A DNA stretch of 63,689 nt, filler included, from Hyphochytrium catenoides (lineage: Eukaryota > Protista > Hyphochytriomycota), in NCBI GenBank assembly GCA_900088475.1. It is 9 parts of 9 records of this genome, joined end to end, with 100 filler letters (N's around TTAATTAATTAA, not from the genome) between each part and the next. Parts side by side here need not be neighbours in the genome. Positions count along the whole stretch, not along the records: positions 23,295 to 33,964 come from FLMG01001874.1; positions 34,065 to 40,056 come from FLMG01004288.1; 7 more parts are not named here. One strand, 5' to 3'. Positions 24,237 through 37,123 of this stretch are shown here, piece after piece; positions within the stretch are counted from its first letter, which is position 1, and each line of letters begins with the position of its first letter. A program made the translations under genes and the position numbers. The notes beneath the pieces are model-generated. The model worked only from the letters and a program-made list of their open reading frames with translations. It did not search any database and had not been told where the DNA came from.

Positions 24237-26786
24237 TCATCGGTCACTCGTCATCCTGGTTGCGGTCGCTAAAGACCCCAAGATTCTTCCATTCTCCTTT
24301 TCCTGCCTCTTCTGGCTGACTTCCCAAGTGAGCTTATGATATTCAAAGGCCCTTCGCAGCACTGCGTATTCTTGGCGGTTGAGGCAGGGCTTCGCCACTT
24401 CCTTTAGAAATACTTCCGCTCTCTCAAGGTAGTTGGCATAGCCATAACATTCGAGCATGGCGCGACAGAGAGAAAGAGTTGGTACCACATTCTTGCCTTC
24501 CACCTTTTCTAGAAAAAAGCGCTCTGCATGGGCTGCTTTGCCAGCGGCGCCGTACGCAGCTATAATGTATGCCCATACATCCTGGCTGTCTCCAAATCCT
24601 AAAGCCTTTAGCCGCCTGTAGCATCGAGCAACGTCCTTTCGCCTTCCCAGAAGCCCATAGCCTGCAAAGGCTTCTCGGAGAGCTCGGTTTGCGAGCTCTT
24701 TGTAGCCACTTGCTTGAAGCATCTCAGCGACGCTTTCAGCCTCGTCGGGTATTTGATATAAACAATGCAGATATAGGAGACTATCAATCTGCCCACTGTC
24801 AATAGGCGCCTCACGGCGTAGTAGATCTGCAAGGACACGCTTTGCTCCTTTCACATCCATTACCTCCAGGCTGGCCGCTAACAATAGCTTTGACATTGAA
24901 GCCGTAATGGGATGGCCGAGAGACAAATAGCCTTGCAAACAGTCCACTCCTGCGGGAGGGTCGTATCTGAAATACCAGGATGCAAGCTTTTCAAGAGCCT
25001 GCGGAGAGATGTCTCCTCTACTTTGCAAGATCTCCTGCACGAAGACCTTCACTTCTGCCATGCGCCCCTGACAAAGGAAGGCAGGGAAGACCTTCTCATA
25101 TATATATCTTGGGATTGGCTCTGAGTGAGCGCGAAAGATGTAGAAAAAGCGTCGAAGGTCATCCAAAGTGTCATCCCCGCCTAATGTGTAGACGTCCAGA
25201 ATCTCTTGCATATTGACGTCAAAAGACACCTTCCGGGATGGCAGGAGTGGAATAATGGCGCTTATTTGATCAATCTGTCGAGACACTAAGTAGAGCCGTA
25301 GAAGTGAGTTCAGCACCTCAGGAGACATCCTCTCACTCTTAGATAAGAGTCCCTCTGCGAGAGCTGTGGCCTCAGAGAGAGGCATGAACGCCTTCTTTGA
25401 GTAGAAAGAGCGACTGATTATGTCCACTACCTTGTAATAATCAATGCCCTTGCCATACACAGGCCGCAACAAAGGGTGGGAGCTCCCCAACGCTTCCAAA
25501 AGTGCTGTAAGCTCCTGAAGAGCTACCCCTGCCTCGTCCAATGAGACAGAGTAGAGATAGTCTAGTATCGCGTTGAGCCCATCTGTCTCTAAGCAGTCAT
25601 GTCTTATGAGACGAGAAAAGAAAGCAGTGGGAGATTCTGCCGCATGATGCTTCGGAAACCATTGAAGGATATATTGGATGTCTTCCCCAGTGAGCTTCCA
25701 GTTCCACGCCTGCATTATGCCGATGGTCTTCTCTAAGGCTTCTGGGTCACACAATTGGTCAACTAGCGCTTCTCTGAAGACCATATCGGAACTGACGAGA
25801 TCTCCTTCTCTTTCTGCAAGGCTCTTCGTGACTTCGGACGGTAGAGAAGAGAGATTGCTAACGATACTCCTTACAATGATAGAGGTGAGCGTCTTCTCTC
25901 TTGCAGGCAAACTGTTCTTAGCAGGCAAGGAAGCTCTTATACGCTGAGCCAGCAAGAGAATCTCCTGTGCATCTGCATAGCGGCTCATGAGAAGTAGGGC
26001 TTCACAAGTATTGAGAAGATCTGTGGCCACCTCTTCGCGTATGGTCTGCTCTGTCTTCGTTCGTTCCCCAGCTGCTCCTCCTATCTCTTTCACCTCTACG
26101 GCTCTGATTAGAGGGTTTACTACGCTTTTGACGCCATCGAGGAACGCCTCCACCTGGTCTGCCCCTTGTAGGAGCTCCATCGCCCGATCTTTGTTCTGAA
26201 TAGTGACGCCGCCGCCGCCCAGAAAATTTTCTCTCAGTGGCTGGAGCTTTGGATGAGGCATTGTCAAGTATCTGCAGAAGTCTGGAATGACTCTCAGATC
26301 TCTTTCTCTTGAGCCCAAGGTTTCACTTACTCGATAGCGGTCCGCATGCGCTAGGTACCAGCGCATGAAAGTCACGGCTCGGCCTCCCTTAAGCAGTTTT
26401 TGAAAAAGAAGTCGCCATTGCACGACTTCTTGGTTTTGACCATACTTACGTCCCAGCGTAAAGATAAGCAACTGAGCGCTGGGCAGTGAAAGAGCAATGT
26501 CAGGGGACGGGACATCGCGAAACTCCCGTAGTAGCTCTATAAAAGCAGAAGCAGGGACGACAGAGGTTCTCGAATTCGCAATGATCTTCTGGGCCATGAT
26601 ATCCAAGTGAGACATCAATGAAGGTGTCCAGTGTTGCAGGTTCGATGATGGCGCCTTCGGAAGAGGAGATAACGATGAGAATCTCGAGAGGCACGGCGCT
26701 TGGCTACCAGGATGAGAACGCAGTAGCCTCCGCTTCACCACTTTCGTTGTCAACCAGGGCCTCATAGACCTGCTGGATGCCATCAT
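24237..26786 (-). CDS. Intronless pentatricopeptide-repeat (PPR)-like helical protein, probably mitochondrial (~849 aa)
   Basis: Long ORF with first ATG at 26786. The R/S/L-rich N-terminus has no acidic residues. PPR-like units include VLNSLLRLYLVSRQIDQI and VWAYIIAAYGAAGKAAHAERFFLEKVEGKNVVPTLSLCRAMLECYG. Confidence 0.8.
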   Translation of the reverse strand: MMASSRSMRPWLTTKVVKRRLLRSHPGSQAPCLSRFSSLSPLPKAPSSNLQHWTPSLMSHLDIMAQKIIANSRTSVVPASAFIELLREFRDVPSPDIALSLPSAQLLIFTLGRKYGQNQEVVQWRLLFQKLLKGGRAVTFMRWYLAHADRYRVSETLGSRERDLRVIPDFCRYLTMPHPKLQPLRENFLGGGGVTIQNKDRAMELLQGADQVEAFLDGVKSVVNPLIRAVEVKEIGGAAGERTKTEQTIREEVATDLLNTCEALLLMSRYADAQEILLLAQRIRASLPAKNSLPAREKTLTSIIVRSIVSNLSSLPSEVTKSLAEREGDLVSSDMVFREALVDQLCDPEALEKTIGIMQAWNWKLTGEDIQYILQWFPKHHAAESPTAFFSRLIRHDCLETDGLNAILDYLYSVSLDEAGVALQELTALLEALGSSHPLLRPVYGKGIDYYKVVDIISRSFYSKKAFMPLSEATALAEGLLSKSERMSPEVLNSLLRLYLVSRQIDQISAIIPLLPSRKVSFDVNMQEILDVYTLGGDDTLDDLRRFFYIFRAHSEPIPRYIYEKVFPAFLCQGRMAEVKVFVQEILQSRGDISPQALEKLASWYFRYDPPAGVDCLQGYLSLGHPITASMSKLLLAASLEVMDVKGAKRVLADLLRREAPIDSGQIDSLLYLHCLYQIPDEAESVAEMLQASGYKELANRALREAFAGYGLLGRRKDVARCYRRLKALGFGDSQDVWAYIIAAYGAAGKAAHAERFFLEKVEGKNVVPTLSLCRAMLECYGYANYLERAEVFLKEVAKPCLNRQEYAVLRRAFEYHKLTWEVSQKRQEKENGRILGSLATATRMTSDR

Positions 26787-27949
26787 CCTTAATATTCGGC
26801 TCACGCCGATGTTAGGAGAGTCCAAAGTACCATCATCTTCGCTTGCTGGGGCTCTTAGCTCCTACGCATTCGAGGCCCGCACCCTATCCTCCTGCCTTCT
26901 CTAACTATATACCTGATGTCGCACGGTCCTCGCGAGGTCATGAAGCGCAGTTAAGCGCCATTACAATGAGACGCTTTCCCTTCTATGACAGCGGCGAACG
27001 GAGGGATGAAAGAGCACTGGAAGGTCAAACAGCTGGCAATCAATCATCTGCCTGAGATGCAGCGCATCAAAATGGCCAATGACAGGTAAGCGAGACCGGC
27101 GAAGCTTGAAGCTTCAGAACCAGTCTCTAAAAATGTAAAATCATCCGCACCAGGCTGGCCGTTAGCGGCCGTCTGGTGAGGCAGGATTGCCGTTAACGTA
27201 CATTACCGACTGAAGATTGGGCCCGGTTCTCAATCATTTACAGTATCAGTATTACAGGCTCCTTACTATTATCAAGGCCTTCTACCAGAACTATGACAAA
27301 GGCTGAGATTGTTAGGGGATAAGAAGGAGAAGACGATAGATGTTGGGCTCATTAGACCAAGTCGTTGAGCATGTTTGCTTCTCTGTCCTCGGCTTCTTGT
27401 TTCTTCTCTTACTAAGGATCATTGTGAGCTTGACTGTGGACGGAGGGATAAAAACAGTATGTGCGATACAGAGATGAGCTGTGGTTTGAGACGACTACTG
27501 CGGGGCAGCAAGTTCTAAGCCATTGTACAGCGTGGGACCCCACAGCCTTCTTCTCTATCATGGTGAGCTTCCAGGCCTATTACTTCCTACAATGGCGATG
27601 TATTGCTCTGCAGCCCAAGGTCTTCCGTCATGCGTCCATTCTCAATGAGCTATACGCCTAACCTGGCTATTTTTCTACTTCCTTATCGGGTAGGATAGCC
27701 TGGGTATCAGCTGGCCTCCAGGCAGCATACTCATCAGGGACAAGCGCGATGCTAAGACAGTAGCAACCTAGCTCCATTGTCAAAAGCTGGGTTAGGTGTC
27801 TCTCCGGCCGGGCCAGTCAACAGTAGGATAGAGAGAACGAGTGCAGAAGCGTGACCCCTCGCTCAGATGTTAGAGAGTAAATAGTCACCATTTCCATTCA
27901 AATCCCGTTATAGCTAGCTGGTCCTCCTGTAATTGTCACTAGCATGTCC

Positions 27950-28582
27950 TTACTCTTCGTCTTCCTCCTCTTCCTCTTCCTCCTCATCGTCTTCGCTCTT
28001 GAACTTGCTCCAGTCAATGTGATGGTATAATCTCTGTGAGATGAACAAAAGACAGCTTAGACATCAATAGGGGAACACCGAGTTCTTTGGCTGACGTAGT
28101 AGTCTCCAAGACGCTACATAGCGGCGTCCTGCACAAGAATGCTTCAAGAGCTCAAGAGCTTTTGAAGAAATCGTAATGGAGGTCGAGAGAGAATCAGGAC
28201 CCAGGAGGACGTGGCCTTATACCCTAAAGTAAATCGTTGTGCTTCGCAAAGAATATAACCAAGGAAATGACTAACAGTGGACGGTACTGGAGGTTCATGT
28301 GAGGCCACTTACCCCTCGGTTGACGCTCTCCCAGACGGCGTCAGTGACGGTGCCATATACATACTCCATTGTCACAGCACCAATAACAATGTAAGTGACA
28401 TAAGTGATATGAGAGCGCCAGAACTTCTCATAGATCATGCCCAGAATGCCGCCATTCTGTCTCTCTCGGCTGTTAAGAAAGCGGGTAGAGAGCTGTCTTG
28501 AGGAGATTTGGGCTGCCGGTCTGCCGGAGGTCAGACCGCCTACCCTGCTTGCCAAGGGCCTGAAGCTTCTAAGAGCATTCAT
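27950..28582 (-). CDS. QCR9: Cytochrome b-c1 complex subunit 9 (QCR9/UQCR10)-like; 2 exons
   Basis: Exons 28313-28582 and 27950-28033 give ...IYEKFWRSHITYVTYIVIGAVTMEYVYGTVTDAVWESVNRG|RLYHHIDWSKFK.... This has one TM helix and the D..W...N.G+L pattern of QCR9. Confidence 0.85.
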
Positions 28583-30190
28583 GATAAGGTTGCTTGTACT
28601 ATTAAAGCTATTCCTGAAAGAGCGCAAAATGTTAGAAAGTGTGTGTACGTAGGTACTGAGAGAGTCACAAGAGAGGAAAAAGCGACAACGAAGGGCAGGG
28701 GGGAGCGCTAGCTCGCGGCTAGTTCTTATAGGTCTTAGAACCTTTCCTAGTCCAAACGAAATCCCATCTGCAGCGCTCTTACCTTTGAAGGATGTCCTTC
28801 AGTTGGTCAAAGGCAGTGATTAAAGGGGTGCTGGCGGGCTTGGCGAGCGGCAATGCTTCCCTCAAAAGCTCAAGAAATAGCAGAACGCAGGCTCTGAAGC
28901 AGAGTTTGAGGTCTCCCTTCCAGTCTTCAGACTCACACAAAGCATTATTGGCAATACTGGCACGTCACTTCCGAGCGCTTGCTGATCGCCAAATAAATCA
29001 ATTTTTTCTCGTTGCATCTAATTCCTGTATAACAGCTACGGTTTATAGGGTGATTATGTGTCCTCTATTGACTACCCGTCCTTTATCCTGCGGCCATGAA
29101 GCTCTTGTCCTTAGCCGTAAGCGTCTCAACGTTTGATAATGGCTATGGCGATTGGTAAGCAGTAAAGCCGGTTAATGTACTATAGAGGATCACAAATTAG
29201 ACAGGATCCGAGGTCTTTCATTTCTGATATTGTCTTTATTATCAATAATCGGCTTAGCAGCTACTTTCGCTAATTCTGTAACTAAATAAGGAAGTATAGC
29301 TTTCTTTTAGATGTGGGTGCTATTGTTGAGCGTTCAGTTTTGGCAAGTCCAGTTACTAAGTTCCACCCACGAGCGGTATTTTCGGTGTCTTTGAAGGCTG
29401 TATTTGCATGTGAAGACTCAGAAATTCGTCAGATGAAGCTCTTCCAAAGATCGCTAAAAGTTTCAGAGATTTTGCTTCTGGAGAACAGAGACGCGATGAC
29501 AGAAAGGAAAGGATGCCGCTCGCCGCTCATTGAGGAATAGTTCTTCAGAGGAATCAGGTACACACGAAGATGCTCCATGCTGGGCCAAGCGAATGATGAT
29601 GATTGCGTTTGGAGTCAACAAGGACCTCTTCGAAAGAGTTCATGGCACCGATAAGGAGCGTAACAGAGAAGGAGGGATCGGTCTCCAGTATAACTGGAGC
29701 ATCCACTGTCTAGCAGCCATGTGGTGGTCTGGACTTCGCTCTTGTCGAGCTGATTTTACGAAATCCTTGACTATGGGAGGACTGAATGAGAGCTTATGCG
29801 CCATTGGAGGTACATAGTACTGCTTCACCCCAGGAGTTATGAATGTATTGTCCAACAGAGAACAGAGAAGCGAGGGAAAGCTGGTGCATAGAGCTCATTA
29901 GGTAGATATGACGGAGTGTTGGGCTTCATTCCATCAGCGATAAAGACGCTTTCCATTCCCAGCGCAAAGACTCTCCGCAAGTCACAAGTATTGATTTATG
30001 ACCGGAAGCCTGCAAGGCTAGGCGTCGCATTTCTATGTGGGTTCAGGTGCTTAAGGCGCTTTATGCCAGAGGGTAATAGAGATAATACCTCTTACTGTTA
30101 GCTAGTAGCTCTCACTATAAGGCAAGGAGTTTCTCAACTCGCCAGCACTCATCTGTCACTCTTTTGCTCTGTTTCTCTCTTTTTCTTTCT

Positions 30191-31345
30191 CTAGTTCACT
30201 GCTGCGCTCTGGTAGGTTGGGATAAGATACTTGATGTTTATGAAGGCGTCCTCCCCTCCATGCAGCTCAAAGACTGTCAGCGTCTCTCTGATCAAGTCAC
30301 CAAGGTTGTTCTCCTTTCTCTGAGAGTAGTCAATTGCGTCTCCAATATTGACTGAAGACATAAGTAAAAGAGCAGAAGAACGGCTATCAGGACGAAGGAA
30401 GCTAGAAATATCGTAGAGTCAGACTTGATGACGAAGGAGAAGAAGGGCGAAGGAAATAGCAAGAAACGAAGAAGGTATGAGATAGTCTGAAGCCGGTCAT
30501 TCGCCACAGTGCGCTCTCCAGAAGGTAGACGACTAAGCAGAAGAAGAGAGAGAGGAAACGAAATGACGAAGAACGTTTGAGGCATCGGAAGAAGAGCTTT
30601 TACCATTCTTGTTGATGAAGATGTTGAGCACAGGAAGGATCTGCCGATAGTAGGGCACCAGCGCCTGTCCGATGAGGCAAGAATCATCAGACTGAACCAG
30701 TCTTTGCATTACTTTTAGAGCCTTCAATAGAACGTCAGGGTCACGCGTGTTGAGGGCAGCTGGTGGTCCGAAGTCGTTGGGGCAGAGCATTACAAAGTGA
30801 ACGGGTGAGAAGAGGAGAGAAGGAGGAAGACAGAGTGAGAGACAAGAGAGAGAGAAAGAGAAAGGAGAGAGAGATGAGAGGGAGCAGGGAGAGGGAGGAG
30901 AGGAGAGTGCGACAGGGGCAGGAAAAATGTGTCAGATGGTTATGAATGGCGCTCAGTCCGCTAGCAGTTGACGCAGTAGAGACGTCAGAAATGGGAAAGA
31001 GAGCCGCATGACAGAAGAAGAGACTGAAGAACAACGGAGGACGGGAGAACAGGTCAACCGATTAGTGAAATAAGGCACAGGCAAGAGGAAGCACAGAGGA
31101 GGCAAGATATCTTCATCGACTCTGACTACTGGTGGGGGCACCGCACTTTTGATGGGGAGGATGAGCTGAGGAATCACCGGCAGCACTTTCTTGGGTCCCG
31201 TCTGTAGCATGTCATAGATTCCCTGGCAGGAGGCAGGGAGAGAAGCAAAAGAAAAAGATTAAGAAGAAAATAATGGCCATGACCGAGAGAAACAGTACCA
31301 GAGGACCAGAAGGAGAGGAGAGAAGAATGCGGCGGAAAGGGAGAC

Positions 31346-31377
<32 letters not shown>

Positions 31378-31462
31378 CACCCAAGAACGGACATTAAACA
31401 ATAAAGAAAGCTAGATAACTAGGTATATAGATAGGTGTACATATAGAGAGAATAACAACGCT

Positions 31463-31500
<38 letters not shown>

Positions 31501-33546
31501 GAACAGAGAGATGGGAGTTGTAGAACTTATGGCACGTGGTACCTGTTCTGCCAAGAAGGCATAAGGTTCTTCTACCTCCCTCAGCCCGTCAAAGAAAATG
31601 GGCAGGTAGTGATGGAAGTCAAGCTGCAAGTGGACGGAGGATAGTTATCTGTCAGACCTTGGTACAAGAGCAGGGAACAGGGTGGAGCCACCAGCGGGTG
31701 AAACAGGATAGAAAGAGAGAGACAGAATGAGAAGGAGAACAGAGAACAGAAAGAGAGAGAGAAGAGAGAAAGCTGACTTAATAAGAATCGAGAGAAAGCG
31801 ATGCCCAAAGCCGATTCCTAGCGCTTGATGCTTCTCTTTCTATTCAATGTCCTCCCTTCCCTATCCAGATCCTTTTTCTTCTCTTTCCGTTTCTCTTCTC
31901 TCTCCATGTCTCTATTTTATATTGCAACTTGCCGTACTCTTTCGTTGCTCCTCCGGCCCTGAGCCCTCACCTGCATAATCTCTACTTTCCAAGCAACTTT
32001 GTTCTTAAACGCGCCGTGATCGACGTGAATAGGAAGGTCTCCACGCTCATAGAACCTGAACCAGCATTATCGAGTGGAAGTGCCAAAACATGGTCAGAGG
32101 GAGGGGAGAAAGTGGAGAGACACATGCAATGAGAGACCATTTCTGTACAATGGGAATGACAGAGAGACAGACAGACAGACAGAGAGAGAGAGATGAGAGA
32201 GAGAGAGATCGATGGTTGATCCCAAGCAAGAAGGTGAGGCAGAACTAAGGCATAAACTTTGCTTGCGCCGGGAGGAAAGAGAGGGTCCAGACCCTGCCTC
32301 AGGGACACGAGCTCTGGAGAGGCATGTGAGGGAGAGAGTTAAAGAGAGAAAGAAAGAGAGAGAGAGAGGCTACAGAGACAGCACCAGAATGATAGGATGA
32401 GCAAGAAAGACCGGCAAAGACACACAGAGAGACGAGACGACAGTCAGACGAGATAGGGCATATGGTGTGACCTTCTGAACTCTGTGTTCGGCGGGTTAGC
32501 TCGGGGTTTGAGGGCCTGAGACGGACCTGGCGAGGATTGCGCCCTTGTCGTCCTCTTCTCTTCCATCTAAAGAAAAGATGGAGGAGGAATGGCGTTTGAG
32601 GCTATTGATGTCCCTTTTTGAAGAGAGAGTGGGATAGAGAGGGGTGGTAGCGAGAGAGAGATTGAAAGGAGAAGTGGGAGAAGAGACAGGAAAAGAAATG
32701 GCGCGAGACCAATCGCCAGGGCGAGGGAATAGCAAAGTTGAGAGGAAGAGAAAGCAGGGGAAGGCGCCGGTAGGAGAGAGAGCGAGAGAGTGACAGACAT
32801 TCTTCAAAAGTAAGAGTTAGTACGGGCAGGCCAGAGAGAGAAGAAATGCGATTGAAAGGATGGACAAGGGAGGCTGCTTTCTCTTCCTCTCCTACCTCTG
32901 CTTTAGCGCCGGTGGTGGATCGTCCTCCTAGTCCCTCTCCTTTCTTGGTCCATTCTGATGGTGAAGGCTTCTCTATCTTTTTGCTGAAAGAGAAAGCCTC
33001 GATGTTCACCTCAGCATTATTTGGCTGGTGTCCACCAGCGCGCTCCTGAGGAGAGAGAGAGAGTGAGACAGTGAGTGAGAGAGAGAGAGAGAGTCAGACA
33101 AGGAGGAAAGACAGAGCAAGGAGGAGAAACAAAAAGAAAGAGTGTGCGGAGGGCAAGAAGAGAGAGGGACAGAAGAGTCATCAGCAACTCTAAAGAGAAA
33201 CTAAAGGGAGACGCACAGCGGGAAGTAGGAGACACGTCTGACGGCCATTGTGGAACCAACAGAAGCAGGCACAGGGACTAACGTGACATGAAAGGAAAGA
33301 ATGTGACATCAGATGGATGGGGAGAGAGAGATAAAGAGAGAGAGGAAGAGAGAGAGAGACAGACAGGCAGACAGACAGAGAGACAGAGAGACAGAGAGGA
33401 AGATGGAGAACAGAAGAGGGAGAAGAGGATCAGTATCAATTTCTCACCGTTGGTCTGATCTGTGTGACATCGAAACAAGAGCCTGTGTCCTTTCCTATCG
33501 TCCTTCGCGCACTTACGCGAGTGGGTTCGTTTGGTGACAACGGCAT
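30191..33546 (-). CDS. PACRG: Parkin co-regulated gene protein (axonemal inner-junction protein); multi-exon, start codon tentative
   Basis: Spliced product [18 protein letters not shown]...[28 protein letters not shown]...[20 protein letters not shown]...[18 protein letters not shown]...[12 protein letters not shown]...[18 protein letters not shown]. Confidence 0.95.
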
Positions 33547-33964
33547 CTCTCCTTCTCTCTCTTTCTTTTCCCCTCTCTTTCTCTCTTGCTAAAGGGAGCA
33601 ATCAGTCCCCCGATCTTCTTTGAAGATGCTTCTCTTCCTCCTCGCTATTGTTTGATAGAGTTCCTCTTCTCTTTCTTTTATCTGAGAGATAAGCTCTTGG
33701 CGATGCAGAAGAAGATACGGAAGAGGAGGAATATGCGACTGTCAAGCTCCTGGTGGATTTAGCAAGAGGTTCCAAGAGCTTAAGCTACTTGCTTGCCTCG
33801 ACGCTAAGAAGAGAGAGAGAGAGAGAGAGAGAAACAGATGACCAAAGGGAGAGAGCGGCGCCACAGCGGGGCAGGTCACTGGGGAGGAGAGAGAAATGTT
33901 GATAGGGCTGCGTGTCCTGTGTCCTAGAGGACGGAGATGCATAGCGCTTCAGTTTGCAAGTATA

Positions 33965-34064
33965 NNNNNNNNNNNNNNNNNNNNNNNNNNNNNNNNNNNN
34001 NNNNNNNNTTAATTAATTAANNNNNNNNNNNNNNNNNNNNNNNNNNNNNNNNNNNNNNNNNNNN
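33965..34064. other. Artificial scaffold-joining spacer
   Basis: 44N-TTAATTAATTAA-44N. Confidence 0.97.
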
Positions 34065-34645
34065 AGAGAGAGAGAGAGAGAGAGAAGGAGAGAAGGAGAG
34101 AGCTTATAATGGCAGCAAATATTTACCGAAGACAGCGTCGTAAGCTCTGGACTGGCGACTCATTTTTAAGGAGAGAGAGAGGCCAAGAAAGAGGCTGCGT
34201 CTGTGAAGGAGGAGTGAGAAGAAGGGAGCAGGGGAGAGAGAGAGAGAGTTGCTGTGGCTGTCACTTTCCGGAGAAAGAGACAGGGAGAGAGAGAGAGTCT
34301 ATGAATGGCTGCGAACAGGTGCGCCGCTAGGGTTTCCGTCCATCCTGTTGCTGATCAAGGAAAGCAGTCGTGTCTCTCTCTCTTGTCTGTTGGGTGGCCC
34401 TTGGAGGTGCTTGTCGCGTTTGTCTGCTCTCTCTCTCTTTCTCTTTTTCTCTCTTGCGCCAGCAGACTGAAAGTCCTCGCTACCCTGTGCTTTTATAAAA
34501 AGGAGACGTTCTTCTTTTATCTCTTCGTCTCTGGGTCTGGCGCTCAATCGTTTGGACAACTTTCTCCTCTCTCCTTTCTTCAAGCCCCTTTCCTCTCCCT
34601 CAGATGTCTCAATCTAGGCTCCCTCATTTTTCTTTGTGATAACTC

Positions 34646-34676
<31 letters not shown>

Positions 34677-35524
34677 CTCTCTTCTTTGATGTCCTTCATC
34701 CTTCTTCTGCATCCACTTTTCCTCTATTTGTCAGCCTCGCCCCTTGATCCCAAGCTCTTCTTCATCATCCCCGCTGCTCTCTCTGTTTTTATCTCTTTGC
34801 TCTTCCTCTCATTATCTCTCTTTTGCTCTCTCTCTCTTCTTCTCGCTCTGGTTCTCTCTTGGCTGGCCGCCCCCTCCTTTTGCTTTTGGCTCTCATTGCC
34901 TCTCCCTGTGTCTCTCCCTGTCTCTGCCCTCTCTTTTGTATCTCCCAAATCCACCTCCTCTCTCTTTCTCACCCTTCCCTCTCTGTCTGTCTCTTTCTCT
35001 GTGTCTCTTTCTCTGTTTGTGTCTCTCTGTCTCTCTCTCTGTCTGCCTCTCTCTGTCTTTCTTCTCTCTGTCTCTCTGTCTCTCCCCTCTCTCTCTTCTC
35101 TGTGTGTGTGTATGGCTCTCTCTGTGTCTCTCTCTCTCGTCTCTCTGTCTGTCTGTCTCTCTACTCTGTCAATCTGCTGGAGGAGGGAGTCGTTACACTC
35201 TGCGCACATATTTTCCCTAACGCTGCCTAAAATAGCGAATCCCGGACTTTCAGTGATATATATTAAGCCAAAAAAAAAGAAAAACAGCACAATACTCCGA
35301 GAATCAGCTTTGAGGAGATCAGTAAGGTGTTAACTCCGCTAGCGGCTAGATAGGTGCCAAAAGATTACTTTAATTATTTGTGACAGTGGAGGAAACTGTT
35401 TGAGTTATCAGGGATAATGGGGCACATGTGGGAGAATAAATGTGCGCTGGAGAAAGGAGGATCCACCTGGAGACTTGATGGCCGCTTGAAGAAAGTGTGA
35501 GCTTCGCATCTCCCTTTTCTTTCG

Positions 35525-35567
<43 letters not shown>

Positions 35568-35875
35568 TGTCTCTCTTTCTCTTTCCCTCTGTCCATCTCT
35601 CTCTTTCTCACCAAGCCTCCTCTTCCTCGTGCATTCTTTCTCCTTTCTCATGTTCCTTCTCTCTCTCCGGTTCTCTCTATTTCTCTCTCTCTCTCTCTCT
35701 TCTCCAACGTTGGACCTCTGGTCTCCCTCCCTTCTCTGCTCCTCCTCTGGGCAAGCTCTGTCTCCGCAGTTATTATTATACATAGAAAGGCAGATCGCTG
35801 ACTGTCAGAGCTCTGAAATCCACTTCTTCCCCTGCTAAGGAAGATTTAACCCATTCCTGTTGATAAGAAAGAAGC

Positions 35876-36598
35876 ATGGCATCTGGTACGCTCTCTCTCT
35901 CTCTCTCTCCTCTTTCTCCTTTCGGCGGTTCTCTTTCCTTGCCAGCATATCAGCGCCTGATCTGTTCCCACTTTCTCTTTATATTCCTCTCTCTCTCCAT
36001 TCATGTGTGTCTGTGTAGAGAGCCCACTTTCCTCTATTCCTCTGGCCCTTCTCATCGCCCTATCGCATTTTACATCCTTTGTCTTTTCTCTAGTCTCTCT
36101 GTGTGTTTCTCTCTCTCCCGTTCTCCTCTTTCTTTCTTCCTGCTCTGTCTCACCCCTTCTCTCTCTGTCTCTCTCTCTCTCTTTCTCTCTCTGCACAATT
36201 GCAGGAAAGGCGACAGTCAAGGCGGTTCTCTCCGGAGACACCCTCGTCCTAATGGGGAGCGCCACCAACGGGCCGCCGCCAGAGATGCAGCTCACACTTT
36301 CCTCTCTCGTGGCACCCAAGCTTGCCCGCTCTCCTGAGGCCACTGACGAGGTAGAGATAGATGGATGGAAAGGAGAGAGAGAGAGAGGGGGCACCAAGAG
36401 AATTGAGAAGCGTACACAGTGAGAGAGAGAGAAAGACACGAGGAGATGTTGACTTGCTCCCTAGCACTCTCTCTCTCTCTCTCTTGTGCACCCGACATAT
36501 CACCTTGTAATAAGTCCTCCGTTCCAGCTCTCTCCCTCTCTGTCTCTAGCTTTTCCCGTCGTGTGGTGTCCCGGCCTCCCTACCAGTTCTACCAATCT

Positions 36599-36643
<45 letters not shown>

Positions 36644-36794
36644 CTCTTTTACTTTCAAACGGCCAGCCTCACCCTCCATGCTGATCTTTACATAGGCCTC
36701 ACAGCTTACTATTCTCTCTCTTCTCTCTCCCCTTCTTCTTTCTTCTTCTTCCTCTCCTTCTCTCTTCTTCTCCCTCTCTTTTCATCTCTTTTTA

Positions 36795-36835
<41 letters not shown>

Positions 36836-37086
36836 TTCTCGCCAGCCATTTGCTTGGGAGAGTCGGGAGTATCTCAGGAAGTTAGTGATTGGAAAGCCTG
36901 TCTCGTTCAAGGTCGAGTACAAAGTCGAAGCCATCGGAAGAAGCTTCGGCGCTGTCTTTCTTCCCTCGGGAGAGAATCTCTGTGTGCTGATGGCAGAGAA
37001 TGGATGGGCGAGAGTGAAAAGTGCGGAAGAGAGTAGGGGGCAAGTCTCTCAGGTGAGCTATCAACCTGTGGCCAGAGAGAAAGAAG

Positions 37087-37123
<37 letters not shown>

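Noticed and set aside
28780-30060. Exon-like minus-strand pieces between QCR9 and PACRG
   Set aside because: Interrupted by stops; no coherent gene model or homology.
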